A DNA stretch of 64,000 nucleotides from Naegleria gruberi (Eukaryota). The stretch is taken from NCBI GenBank assembly GCA_000004985.1, contig GG738872.1, one strand, 5' to 3'. The translations under genes and the position numbers were made by a program. The notes beneath the pieces were generated by a model that made no database searches, was not told where the DNA came from, and worked only from the letters and a program-made list of their open reading frames with translations. Positions 9,733 through 20,500 of the stretch are shown piece after piece. Every line of letters begins with the position of its first letter. Position 1 is the first letter of the stretch.

Positions 9733-10215
9733 ATTGCTCGCCTATTAGAAGAACACTATGGAACTAGTTTGAATATTAAATGCAATACCAAGTATTTAAT
9801 TTCATCAGAAACTGATTACATTTCAATTTACAGATTATATACAGATACTGATGTTGATTGGTAAGTAACCTAAACGAGTTAGATATAATAATTGTTCAAA
9901 ATAGGTTGTTTGTGTTAGCAGTTCCTCAATGGAATTACATTAGGTCAATTGTTATTGCTGTAATTTGTGCTATTGTTGGTGCCACATTCATTGTCACAAC
10001 AGGTGTAGCCATTTCCATCTTCATTTCAGTCAGATTAGTGAAACCATTTTACAATTTGATTGATTTATTCGAAAGTGTCTCTCATATGGATTTGGATAAT
10101 TTAGAAATTCATGATTCCAAATTTACAGAAGTGAAACAGTTACAAACTCATTTCAAAACCATGACAGACAGAATCAAACTTTACAGAGCTTTCATACCAT
10201 CACATTTACAAGTAA
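9733..10215 (+). pseudogene. Relic of a receptor-type cyclase-like gene. It covers the end of the extracellular domain, the TM helix and the HAMP-like linker only. It is truncated 5' exactly at the telomere tract and loses homology 3' before the cyclase-homology domain.
   Basis: Translation IARLLEEHYGTSLNIKCNTKYLISSETDYISIYRLYTDTDVDW / (44-nt gtaagt...atag, 9861-9904) / LFVLAVPQWNYIRSIVIAVICAIVGATFIV...VKPFYNLIDLFESVSHMDLDNLEI...IKLYRAFIPSHL is colinear with internal residues of the paralogues at 14482-17128 and 53385-55883. There is no start codon and no N-terminal ~430 codons. A stop follows soon after HL. Confidence 0.8.
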
Positions 10216-10547
10216 TTTTGTCTCATTCATTTTATTAATGTTACTAAGCTCTCTCTCCATATTTGAATTGCCAGCTTGTAGTATTAAGCGGAGAGAATCT
10301 CCCGTTTAGAATAAGAAACGGCCTGAATCCCGTTCATCCCGTTGCCCGTCTCACCGTTTATTTGTATCAACTCATACTGCTACATATTTCATATTGCATT
10401 GATTCAAATCCAATTTCAGAACAAAAACGAATGTATTTGATAGAATTTGTAAAGAGTTCTTGTTATTTTGGGGTTAGTCTTTGATTCCTCTGTATTCAAA
10501 ATGCACCATTGAGAGAAAACGGAAGCTTGTGTAATAAAAGGTTCATT

Positions 10548-13500
10548 CTACCAATTACTGTTGTTTATTAAGNNNNNNNNNNNNNNNNNNNNNNNNNNNN
10601 NNNNNNNNNNNNNNNNNNNNNNNNNNNNNNNNNNNNNNNNNNNNNNNNNNNNNNNNNNNNNNNNNNNNNNNNNNNNNNNNNNNNNNNNNNNNNNNNNNNN
10701 NNNNNNNNNNNNNNNNNNNNNNNNNNNNNNNNNNNNNNNNNNNNNNNNNNNNNNNNNNNNNNNNNNNNNNNNNNNNNNNNNNNNNNNNNNNNNNNNNNNN
10801 NNNNNNNCATTATTTGTAATGACAGAGGTAATGACTAATGATATCAAAGTAATACAAGCAGGTAATAAAAGTGTTGGCATGTTCATCAATCTCAAAATCT
10901 CAGTCAATGCCTCAGCAACTCCACTTTGAGTAATTGCTGCCGCAATTCCAAAAGATGCTCCAACCAATGTCACTAATCTCCATTCCACACAATCAACTGC
11001 TCTCGTTGGTGTTATCAATCCAAATGCAACGACTGCACAGAATGTCACAAGTGTACATTGAACCATTGGAAATCCAGCAATGGCGCATCCAATCATTGCT
11101 AAAAAGAATGGGAAAATCCAATGTTCCCACCACCACAAATCTAAAATGATTTTAGTGAAGGGAATTCTGAATAGAAATGGTTTTTGTTTGAATTGGTTGT
11201 AATCTGGTGAGATTTCGTTAAATCTTGTAATGAGATAGAAATCCTTTGAATTGTCATGATTATTATGGTAGAAAACACTTTTACCCAAAATTAGAATAGT
11301 ATCACCACAATATACTGTTTTGCAATTGACGTGTGAATCCTTATCGTTGGTTTCTTTAGTATCAATTGAGGAGGAACCAACTTGTCTGATGGCTAATACT
11401 TTGACTTGATATCTTCTTTCGAATTCCAAATAAGTTTCTCCTAAACATGGATTTGAAGCTCCAATAACAACCTGGAAGAATTCAGGTTCATTTTCTTGAA
11501 TTTCAGATTGATTAGTTTTAGATTTTTCATTGGAGAGAGCTGCATCTCCATAATTCTTCTTGATATTATGATGTAATTGATTAGTGACTGGATTTTCAGC
11601 TTGTGGTGATGTTGTTGGTGAATCAATTAAATGGTCTTGAGATGTTGAAGAAGCCACGCAACTGCTCTGTGAAATTCTTCCTTCTTCCATTGGAGATTCA
11701 ACACTCAAAAAGGAAGTAGTGCTTTGACCTGTTGCCATTTTAGGTTCTTCTTTTTGGTTGACTGATTCAGAACTTTCAAAAGTTGATTTTTCAATTTCAG
11801 AACCATCATACACAAGTGAATGCAAACGTAAAATTAATTGAGGAGCTCCTTGGAAAACCAAAATATCAGAACTTTCCAATTTTAGATCTAAAGGAACTGG
11901 TGAAATTTTTTCAAGCCCAGCAACAGTTTCGTTTGTTGCTGGAATAATTGTATTCGAAGAAGTAGAGCTATTTGAAGAGTTTGTGGATTGCTCTGGACTT
12001 TCCTTAGGTTCTTCTACCTTAATTTCAATAGATTCTCCATTGGAAATTACATTTGGTTCGCTTGAAGTTGTTGGTTGACTTGAAGATTGTACACTGCTCA
12101 ATTCAACTTGATTGGTTGATTTCTTTTCTCTCAAAATTTCAATCAAATCCAAGTTGCCTATTCCCAACTCTGACATGGCTTTGACTTTGGTCTTTCCATT
12201 CAAAGTTTCAAATAATGTTTTACCTTTCGAATACTTTGGTTGAGAAGCCAAATATTCCATCTTGACAATGGTAACGAAAGTTTCCGAATGTTCTCTCACA
12301 ACTTCTCTTGCACGTTCCTTTTTACTTTTATGAGCAAAAGTAACCTTTGAAGCATTAAACTTTGAAGTCACTCCTTCATTAGGAACAATCCACAATGTAT
12401 AAGTGCAACAATAAATAATTGTAATGAAACATAAAATGGCGCCAACATAAACAAACTCATAAAAGGATAAAGGAGTGTAACCATATTGAGTATAGATACC
12501 ATTTGCAACAATACTTGCTGAAGTTCCAATATATGTCAACAATCCACCTCCATTTGTTGCGAATAAAAGTGACATGAGAAATTTGGTATGTGAAAGTTTG
12601 TGTGTCCTTGCCCATTCCATAATGATAGGAATTCCTGTGGCCACAACTGGAGTATTCGATACAAATGCACTAAAAATGGTAAAAACAAAACAAATTCTTA
12701 AAGTTGGTGGTATGAGTGAAATAAAATTGAGAAATTTGTTTTTGGAATTTTTGAATTTCAATGGGGAACCAAATAAAAGTCTGGCAAATTTCAAAACTAG
12801 GGTATTTTCACTTAATGGTTTGACGATTGGGAAGAGGAGAGCAACGATGAGAGTACCAGTGTTGGAAAAACCACTTAAGGCATCTGTAACACTGACAATA
12901 CCTGCCAGATTAAAAATGACAAGTGTCATAACCACAATAAAGTAAGGTCTCCAAAGAGAAACAACCAGACAGACTAGCATTAGGATGACCATGCATAGTA
13001 CGAACCATAATTTCCATGAATTCCATGAAAATGCAACTACAGGTGACGTGGATCCACAAATATTATTGATGGATGAGCTTGTTAACACTGTATCTATGCT
13101 CACAGATTGATTCAGCTGTTGAATGGTAGTAAAGTTGTAGTTTAGATTCTTAGAAGGAACTTGTGCTTGTAAATCGTTGAAAGCATTCACCAATTCTTGA
13201 CTAAACATTCCACTTTCAATCTTGTTTCTAATATCAGCAAGGTCGAGTTTGACTAGAAACCATTGAATTGCATAGGAATTTGTAAACAACTCTGGAATAT
13301 CCAAGTATTTGGTAGAATTCATGAATGCATTCTTACTTGTCGTTCCATTTATATGAAAAACCATCTTTTCATATGTCAAATCCATTCCACTTTTTGTTTG
13401 AATGACAGAAATTGGATATTCTTGAAGGAGAGAAGTTCTGGAAGGAAGAAAGAGTGAATTTTGATATTTTGTGGAAAGTAAGTTATTATGGATGATTCTA

Positions 13501-13964
13501 AAATAGTAAAAACTTAGTGTTTCGTTCGTTTCGTGCAAACTTTCGACATGTTCATCAAATAGAAACTTCCAAGAAATTGTTCCTTGTCCGTGTTCATAAC
13601 TCAATGAAACATAACTAATGGTAGTGCTTGCATTTATGGTAGAACTCTTATAATTCGTATCGTCATTCGAATAGTAAACACTCTCGGATATATTTTTGGT
13701 AAACTCGGTGGAAAATTGATAAATTTGACCATTTACAAATGCAGATGAAGTAGAAATACAATTATCCAATCGAATAGGATGATTTAGCAAGTTTGCAAGT
13801 GATAAAATGATGAAAATGCTTGAAATGCAAGCAAATACGAAACTGTGGAGTTTCATCTTTTTTTCTTTCGAATTGTTAGATGAGAAGGAAGAGATTCGTC
13901 CTGTTGAAATGCAAAAGGGCACAACTGTGGCCATGCTGGACTCGTTTTCTATACTATTTGGCAT
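10548..13964 (-). CDS. Ion-transporter-superfamily permease (CitMHS/DASS/YfbS-like). It has an N-terminal extracellular domain and two central TrkA-C (RCK_C)-like domains separated by a long Ser-rich linker. About 1138 aa including the gap.
   Basis: Single ORF. A signal/anchor (MKLHSFVFACISSIFIILSLANL) is followed by two multi-pass hydrophobic halves. These flank soluble segments resembling TrkA-C (...SKGKTLFETLNG...IEILREK and ...CLGETYLEFERRYQVKVLAIRQVG...CGDTILILGKS). The last ~85 codons are mostly in the N gap, so the 3' end rests on scaffolding. Confidence 0.6.
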   Translation of the reverse strand: MPNSIENESSMATVVPFCISTGRISSFSSNNSKEKKMKLHSFVFACISSIFIILSLANLLNHPIRLDNCISTSSAFVNGQIYQFSTEFTKNISESVYYSNDDTNYKSSTINASTTISYVSLSYEHGQGTISWKFLFDEHVESLHETNETLSFYYFRIIHNNLLSTKYQNSLFLPSRTSLLQEYPISVIQTKSGMDLTYEKMVFHINGTTSKNAFMNSTKYLDIPELFTNSYAIQWFLVKLDLADIRNKIESGMFSQELVNAFNDLQAQVPSKNLNYNFTTIQQLNQSVSIDTVLTSSSINNICGSTSPVVAFSWNSWKLWFVLCMVILMLVCLVVSLWRPYFIVVMTLVIFNLAGIVSVTDALSGFSNTGTLIVALLFPIVKPLSENTLVLKFARLLFGSPLKFKNSKNKFLNFISLIPPTLRICFVFTIFSAFVSNTPVVATGIPIIMEWARTHKLSHTKFLMSLLFATNGGGLLTYIGTSASIVANGIYTQYGYTPLSFYEFVYVGAILCFITIIYCCTYTLWIVPNEGVTSKFNASKVTFAHKSKKERAREVVREHSETFVTIVKMEYLASQPKYSKGKTLFETLNGKTKVKAMSELGIGNLDLIEILREKKSTNQVELSSVQSSSQPTTSSEPNVISNGESIEIKVEEPKESPEQSTNSSNSSTSSNTIIPATNETVAGLEKISPVPLDLKLESSDILVFQGAPQLILRLHSLVYDGSEIEKSTFESSESVNQKEEPKMATGQSTTSFLSVESPMEEGRISQSSCVASSTSQDHLIDSPTTSPQAENPVTNQLHHNIKKNYGDAALSNEKSKTNQSEIQENEPEFFQVVIGASNPCLGETYLEFERRYQVKVLAIRQVGSSSIDTKETNDKDSHVNCKTVYCGDTILILGKSVFYHNNHDNSKDFYLITRFNEISPDYNQFKQKPFLFRIPFTKIILDLWWWEHWIFPFFLAMIGCAIAGFPMVQCTLVTFCAVVAFGLITPTRAVDCVEWRLVTLVGASFGIAAAITQSGVAEALTEILRLMNMPTLLLPACITLISLVITSVITNNXXXXXXXXXXXXXXXXXXXXXXXXXXXXXXXXXXXXXXXXXXXXXXXXXXXXXXXXXXXXXXXXXXXXXXXXXXXXXXXLINNSNW
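10573..10807. other. Assembly gap (235 N), inside the 3' part of the permease CDS
   Basis: Run of n characters. Confidence 1.
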
Positions 13965-14481
13965 GTTGGTTCGATCTTTCGAATATAAATTATAATTATT
14001 AATTTTCGGATAGTGCGGAACTTGAAAAGGAAAGCATCAAGGATATTGTAAAGTTAATTCCTTTCGACCTTTGGCAATAAAATTATTCAACTCCGCAATC
14101 ACACTTTCTATTAGGTCAAAGTCTTTCGAATAACAAAAAGAAAAACTATTAGAAACCAGCAGAAACTATTCGTCTTGTTTTTTTACAACTTAACTCTTCC
14201 CATTGACTTCCGCCCAGTGATGATGAGTAATTGTGTTCACTCTTCAAATCGTTCCCAAAACAAATTTGCAATCCAACAAACGAATTTGGCCATGGAAAGT
14301 CATTAGAATAGGCAGCCATAAAAGAATGCAATGAAAAATCTGGTTTATTCGTTCACATATGGACTCGTTCACAAATTTCGTTGTGGGAATTGAATCTACA
14401 TTTTTGGAATGAAAAAAATGCTAGACGATACTTTTGAAGAATCCTTTCGAATAGTTCTTGTTGGAATTACATGAAACACAA

Positions 14482-17128
14482 TTACATTTTGCTTTCACAT
14501 TGTCTTAGTAAATGAAGTGTAGGTCCATCATGTGGATTTTGTTGATAGAAAGTTTGAAGAATCGAATAAGCTTGTTTGTAATCTTGTTGTAGGAATAATC
14601 TGGATGCTTGTAGATAATCATGCCATTGAGATTGTTTGTTCTTTTCTTGGAGTTCGTACATCCACTTTGTTTTTGAATCAGTTTAATCAACACATTCGAA
14701 ATTTAACACAAAAAGTTATTGGAAAGGTCAAAAACAGAAAAGGACTTACCTCATCGTCGTTCACTTTCAAAGAAGATCCCAATTCATAGATATTTGTTAG
14801 CACGCCAGTATTTGGAGTCTTGTATTCGTCAGTTTTTCCATTGAGCGAGTTTAAATTAGTTTCGTCTAGTAATTCTTTGGAATCTACATATCTGATTTGG
14901 AACAATTGTTCACATTTTTCCTTAATCTTCTCACTTACTACAATACTAACATTCAGTTGAATTGCAATTTGAGTCAATTGATCCAAATTTTGTTTGGCGC
15001 TCGAAATTATTGTAAAGTTTTTCAATTCGTTCGTTCCAATATTTCCACAATAGGAAGATTGTGATAAAACTGCAATTTTAAATGACATTAAATCCAATAA
15101 TTGTGAATTCTTCTTGAAACTGTTTAATAAGGTTGAGGCAGCGACAACTCCTTTTTCTTCATGATTCGTCTGATTATTCGAAGAGTTAAACGAAATGGTG
15201 ATTGATTCATTTTCAAAGTTTCCAACGTTTCCTGTCAAACTTCTACTCACACTATTAATCTGTTCAAAAATATCTGACATTAGCTCAATAGTTTCGTTTG
15301 GATTCATATTTTGCAACCATTCAGTAAATCCATTAAAATGAATCTGGACGAAAGTTACCTTCTTCTGTTCCATATACAAGGAAAACTTGCTTCTATCATT
15401 CTTATATACTTTCCTTGAGGATCTTGCTTTATGAGAAATTCCTTTACTGGAATTAGAACTTCCCACTGATTGAGTTTCCTGACTTGACATGTTGTGCGAA
15501 GATCCTCCGTAGACTTTAGTTCTGGAATTCTTTCGGAAAGATTCGTCTACTTCACTGTCTGATTCTTGGATACCATCTACATTTTCAATTTCTGAAAGTA
15601 AGTGAGCTGGAATAAAACTCTTGTAAAGTTTGATTCGGTTGACCATGGAAATGAAATGTCCTTGTAATTGTTTCACTTCTGAGAATGAACTTGGAATAAT
15701 GTGAAGTTGATCCAAATCCATATTAGCAACACTTTCGAATAACTCTATCAAATTATAAAACGGCTTGACAACTTTTAAGGAAACAACAACTCCCAAGACT
15801 AAACCAACCGAAATGATGAGAACACTACCAATCAATGAGCAGATAATTGCAAAAATTGTCGATCCTAAATAATTCCATTGAGGGACACTCAACACTAATA
15901 TCCAATCAATTTTTGAGCTAGTACACAATCTATATATGGAAATGTATTGTCCACTACGTTCGAGAACTTGCATTTCATTGCAAGTTATTTTAGTCCAATC
16001 ATTCGAATAATGATCAAGAATAGCTTGAGAAATTGCGTTGATTTTGGTATCTGAAACATCGGTTGGTGTTTTTCTATCTAATGATCCATCTGATTTCCAA
16101 TCTGAAATTGTAACTTCCTCTCTGTCAACTATTTCCCATAAACTTTACAATAAAAATTTATGTAACTTACCTGCAATCAAATAAGCAGTTTCAGTTTCCA
16201 CAATAAATCCTAAAGATCCAGTAATGGATGCAATTCTTTCTTTCAAAAAGTCTGAAATCGATGACACTGTCAAATCATTTGCTTGATAATAGTGAAAATT
16301 GTGTCCGTTAGGAAGAGGAAGTTTCTTATTTACGACACAATTCATGGAAGTGATGAATGTGTATTGAGGCATTGAAATGTCAGCATAACTCAATGTAAAA
16401 ACTTGTTGACCTGGATTAGCATCACAGACCTCAACGAGATAGCTCACATCGAATGGCTTGTTGGTTTCGTCTGGATTAGAATTTCTAACACACTGTTCGT
16501 GATTGGTAATGTTGTCGCAATAATAGATTAATTGAGCTGTTGATGTGATATTAAAAGTGGCCAAATAATCTCCCCACTCAATTGATCCAAAGCATGTTTT
16601 ATCTGTACCTCCCACATATGAGGAAATTGTAATTCCCTTCAAATGTTTTTGAGATGACTAATGGCAATTTGAAGGTATTTCATTAATTTTCATGAATTTT
16701 TCATATTTTGAATATGAGAATAGGAATCAATAAACTTTGCTTACCTTGTAGCCTGCAAACATAATCCTCTCCAAATAATCGAAATTTCCATACGAATAAT
16801 CATCAGTTGCCAATTGTTGTTTAATGGCCTCATTCAATACATTAACTTCTTTGAGTGTTTGCTCTGCATATTTGACAATGGTTGAAAACTCTTCGTCTCT
16901 CACTGTTGATGATAAACTGACAACTGTTGGAGAAAAACTTGCCAACCAAATGGCAGATAGGATCAAAACACTGAGGAAGAGTAAACCAGATACCATGACA
17001 ATCATACAAAATTTGATGGAAGTTCCCTTAGTTGAGCCTCCTGTGTAGGAACTTGTTTCTTGATTCTTATCCATTATGGCTTGTTTATCCTCTTGTGAGG
17101 TTGGTGTTACCTTGTTCTTTAATTTCAT
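14482..17128 (-). CDS. Receptor-type class III cyclase-homology protein (TM, extracellular domain, TM, HAMP-like, degenerate CHD, TPR-like tail), 810 aa, 4 exons
   Basis: Exons are 17128..16745, 16657..16171, 16128..14750 and 14664..14482, with introns of 87, 42 and 85 nt (gtaagc/gtaagt donors, AG acceptors). Splicing restores colinearity with the intronless paralogue at 53385-55883 (YK|SSQKHLKGITISSYVGG vs YKSEQKFHKGLTYSTYIGD; VNDDE|WMYELQEK vs NIDEWMYELQEK). The total of 2433 nt is in frame. Confidence 0.85.
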
Positions 17129-17533
17129 GAATGTGCGCTTATGTTTGTATTATATACCTAATGATGTTTTTAGAGTTTCCTCAGTAAATTTGTAAATTGT
17201 CTGATGCTAGTGTAGATGTTTGGAAATTTCTTTTGATTTGAATTTGCTCTCCTGTAGGAATGTTGATGCCCATCAACACGAAATAAACTCTTAAGTCACA
17301 ATGTATTTCTTATTTGCGTTCGAGTTGTTGCAAAAGGTTTAAAGCATTAATAGGTATTGATTGACTGTTGGTGATACCTGTTGATTGCGAGCGAAAACTA
17401 TTTTGCTGCGAAGCATAATGCATACTTTTAATGATGGTGTGTTTATTATTGGTTATAAATAAGAGGAGGGTTATTGTAGTGGGTAGGCGGGGAATAAAAA
17501 AGGGATTATACAAAAAAGGAGATGTGTAACTAA

Positions 17534-20500
17534 TTAATCTGATTCGCTGTAATATGGAGAGGCATAGGATGGTGTTGATCTAGCACCAGTCTTGTAGGCA
17601 AATCTAGAGTTATTGCTGTGAGTGAAAGGACGATTGGATCTGATAACATCTCTTTCTTGATTTCCAATAAGAGTATTATTCATAATGTCCATTCCAGAAC
17701 GAGCTTGGGCAGATGGTCTTTTAATGGTTGGTCTTTGGACACCAGAGTTCATTGATCCATAAACCACAAAGCCCAAAACTGCAATAATAAGAGAAAGGAT
17801 GATATAAGTCAAATAACCAGCAGATTCATCTTCGGTATTGTCAGTGTGGACGTGTTCTCTGACTGGTTGACGGGCTTCATTGGATACAAATCTAACAGTA
17901 ATAGGAGTAGTAGTGAGAGTGTATGACTTGGCATTTTCACCAAAGTTGACCTTGACAGACAAGTTAATATCTTGTGTTGACAAGTGCTTCAATTCACCGT
18001 TAAGGAAAGAGTCACGTCTTGGTTTGATTAAACATTCATACTTATCACCAACTTTTTCAGTTCCAACAACTTCCAACCAGCTTTGAGTAGATTCACATTG
18101 TACATTATAATTACGTCTTACTCTGGAATCGTGTGGGAATTTGACTTCTTGACTTGTGTTATCCAAAAGATGGAGTGGAATACGGGTTGGTACTTGTTTC
18201 ACTGGATCAACACCAGAACTAAGTTCAATACTTGAAAGGGAAATCTTAGCTTGAGCAATTCTGACAATGTTAACTTGGATTTGGGTGGTAGTTCTTCCTG
18301 ATTTAAGAGTAACAGTTGCTGAACCAACCTTGTGAGCAGTTCCTACACCGTTCAAATCAACACTAATAACACTAGAATCAGAGCTTTCCCATTTACCAGC
18401 CTTTTCAGAAACAAAAGTAACAGAGTCACCAACGTGAAGTTTGGCAGTTGAGGAGAGTGTGTCAACAACACTTGAAACAACGCTAATTCTGCAATAATAT
18501 GGTTGCTTCAATTCTGGAGCACTCAATTCAACAGTTGTATTACCAAGAGAATTAGAGTAGACAACAATGGCTTCCTTTTGAGCATCAACCTTTACACTAA
18601 CAATATCATGAATATTCATACGGACGTTAATATCAATACCACTAACAGAAGCAAACTTTTCACCGCGAATACCAAGAGCAGAGAGTGGAATTTCAAACTC
18701 ACTACCAATTGGGACTTGGAAGTCATAATCAAATGATTTAGTTTGGAGTTCACTCAAAGACATTGCCAAATAGTGTGGATTTTGAACAGCAACCTTTTGA
18801 GCAACAGTTTGACCGGTGGAAATTTCTTCAACAATAACAACAGAGATACCCTCAGATTCACGAGTAACAATATCACCGTTCTTACTGACAGCAATAAGAT
18901 TATCATATTCATCAGTCTTGGCAATAGTGTATTTTTGAACTGATAAATTATCCTTATTAGTTCTCAAACGGAAAGTAGCAGATCTTGGAGCAAGAATGAG
19001 ATCCTTGTGTGGGAAATCTAATAATTTCAACTTGTCATCAACTTGAATATCAGACTTGGTTGTATGGTGCCAGCTTGAAAGTTGTGGATGTTGGAATGAG
19101 GCACTAGCTGAGATTTGAGTCTTACCAATCTTAGAGCCAGTAATAAAAACAGAGTGACCAGTTTGGCTTTGTGGATAATTGATAATTGAAACTTCTTGTT
19201 CAGCAGAAGAGACAGAGACTTGGAAGAATGGAGATTGCATAAAGAGAGGAGACAAGAGTTGCTTATTATCATAGAGACCATAAACAGGTACAGGGATATG
19301 ATGTCCTTCAAAAACAAAGAGTGGTTGTGGAAGTTTGATACCTACAAGTTGAACAACACGAACTGGAACAGTCTTTCTAGCATAAACAACTGAATTCTTG
19401 ATGAGACTAATCTTTTCGACAACAAGTAATTGTTCACCATAAGTAACACCAGTAACAATTCCTCTAGCATCAACAGAGGCAAACTTGTGATCTTCCTTAA
19501 ACTTGAAAATTGTAGCAATACTTGGTGTTTCAATTGGTCCTCCAGTAACCTTAACTTGGAATTTAGCACCTGGAATCAAGACAAGCTCTGGTGGATTAAC
19601 TCTCATTGGTTCATAAACATTGACCATAAATGGAACACTATAAACTCTTCTTCCATCACTATTAAGAACACTAGCAACAAGTTTAACAACACCAACTCTT
19701 CTACCAGTCAAAACATATTCATCTGGATTAGATTCAGATTGTTTGAGTGAGATTGTGTTTGGAGTGTCAACTTCAATAGAAGTTTGCATGGCATAGTGTT
19801 GAGAAGCTGGGAAATTGGCACCAGTTTCATCGGAAACGCTCAATTTAACAGTAACATAATTGTCAACTTCGACAAATCTTTCACCATCTAAACCAACATG
19901 GTGAGCATCAGCAACTTTAACAAAACTACTAGCAGCTGGGCTGAGTTTGGAGAAGGTATCAAAAACATCAACTCTAACATAACCTGGAACAAGACCAACA
20001 AGTTCAGCAGTTGAACCCTTTGGAGCCAATGTTGCTACGTCAGTATTGTTATGAGAAAAGTCATATCTACCAGAACCACCTGTAGCTTGGAGAGTGAGAC
20101 TAACTTTACGATTTCTGAATAAAAGATAACTAGCAGGATTGAGGTAAATATTTGGAGCAATTCTGAGTTCAATTTCATCCTCTAATGGTTTAGAGAATGC
20201 TGCAATAGCTGAATTCATGATAGAATAAGAGACGTACTTCTTGACTTCATCCTTATTATATCCAATAATTTGTCCTCTCAAGTTTACAGAACCTTCCTTT
20301 TCATAAATATCCAACAATCTGTGTCCTGGATATACTTCCTTATTGGAAATTTTGGCAATATCATGGTGACTGAGTTCCCATTCATCTTGTAAAGTGGAGG
20401 TGGTAACGAAGAGATTTTCTTCACTGTCATAGGCGTTCATTACAGCTGGAACAGTTTGATTATTTCTAACACTGTAAACTCTAATAATGTGAGAGGAAAT

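Noticed and set aside
10396-10418. tRNA-like T-arm string (attgaTTCAAATccaat)
   Set aside because: The stem has only 4 bp. There is no complementary acceptor stem, D-arm or anticodon arm in the flanking ~70 nt.
10561-10929. ORFs 10561-10929 (+) and 10568-10810 (-) made mostly of X
   Set aside because: They span the 235-nt N gap and carry no information.
13966-13980. GGTTCGATC T-loop-like motif
   Set aside because: It lies at the permease start codon region and the surrounding sequence cannot fold into a cloverleaf.
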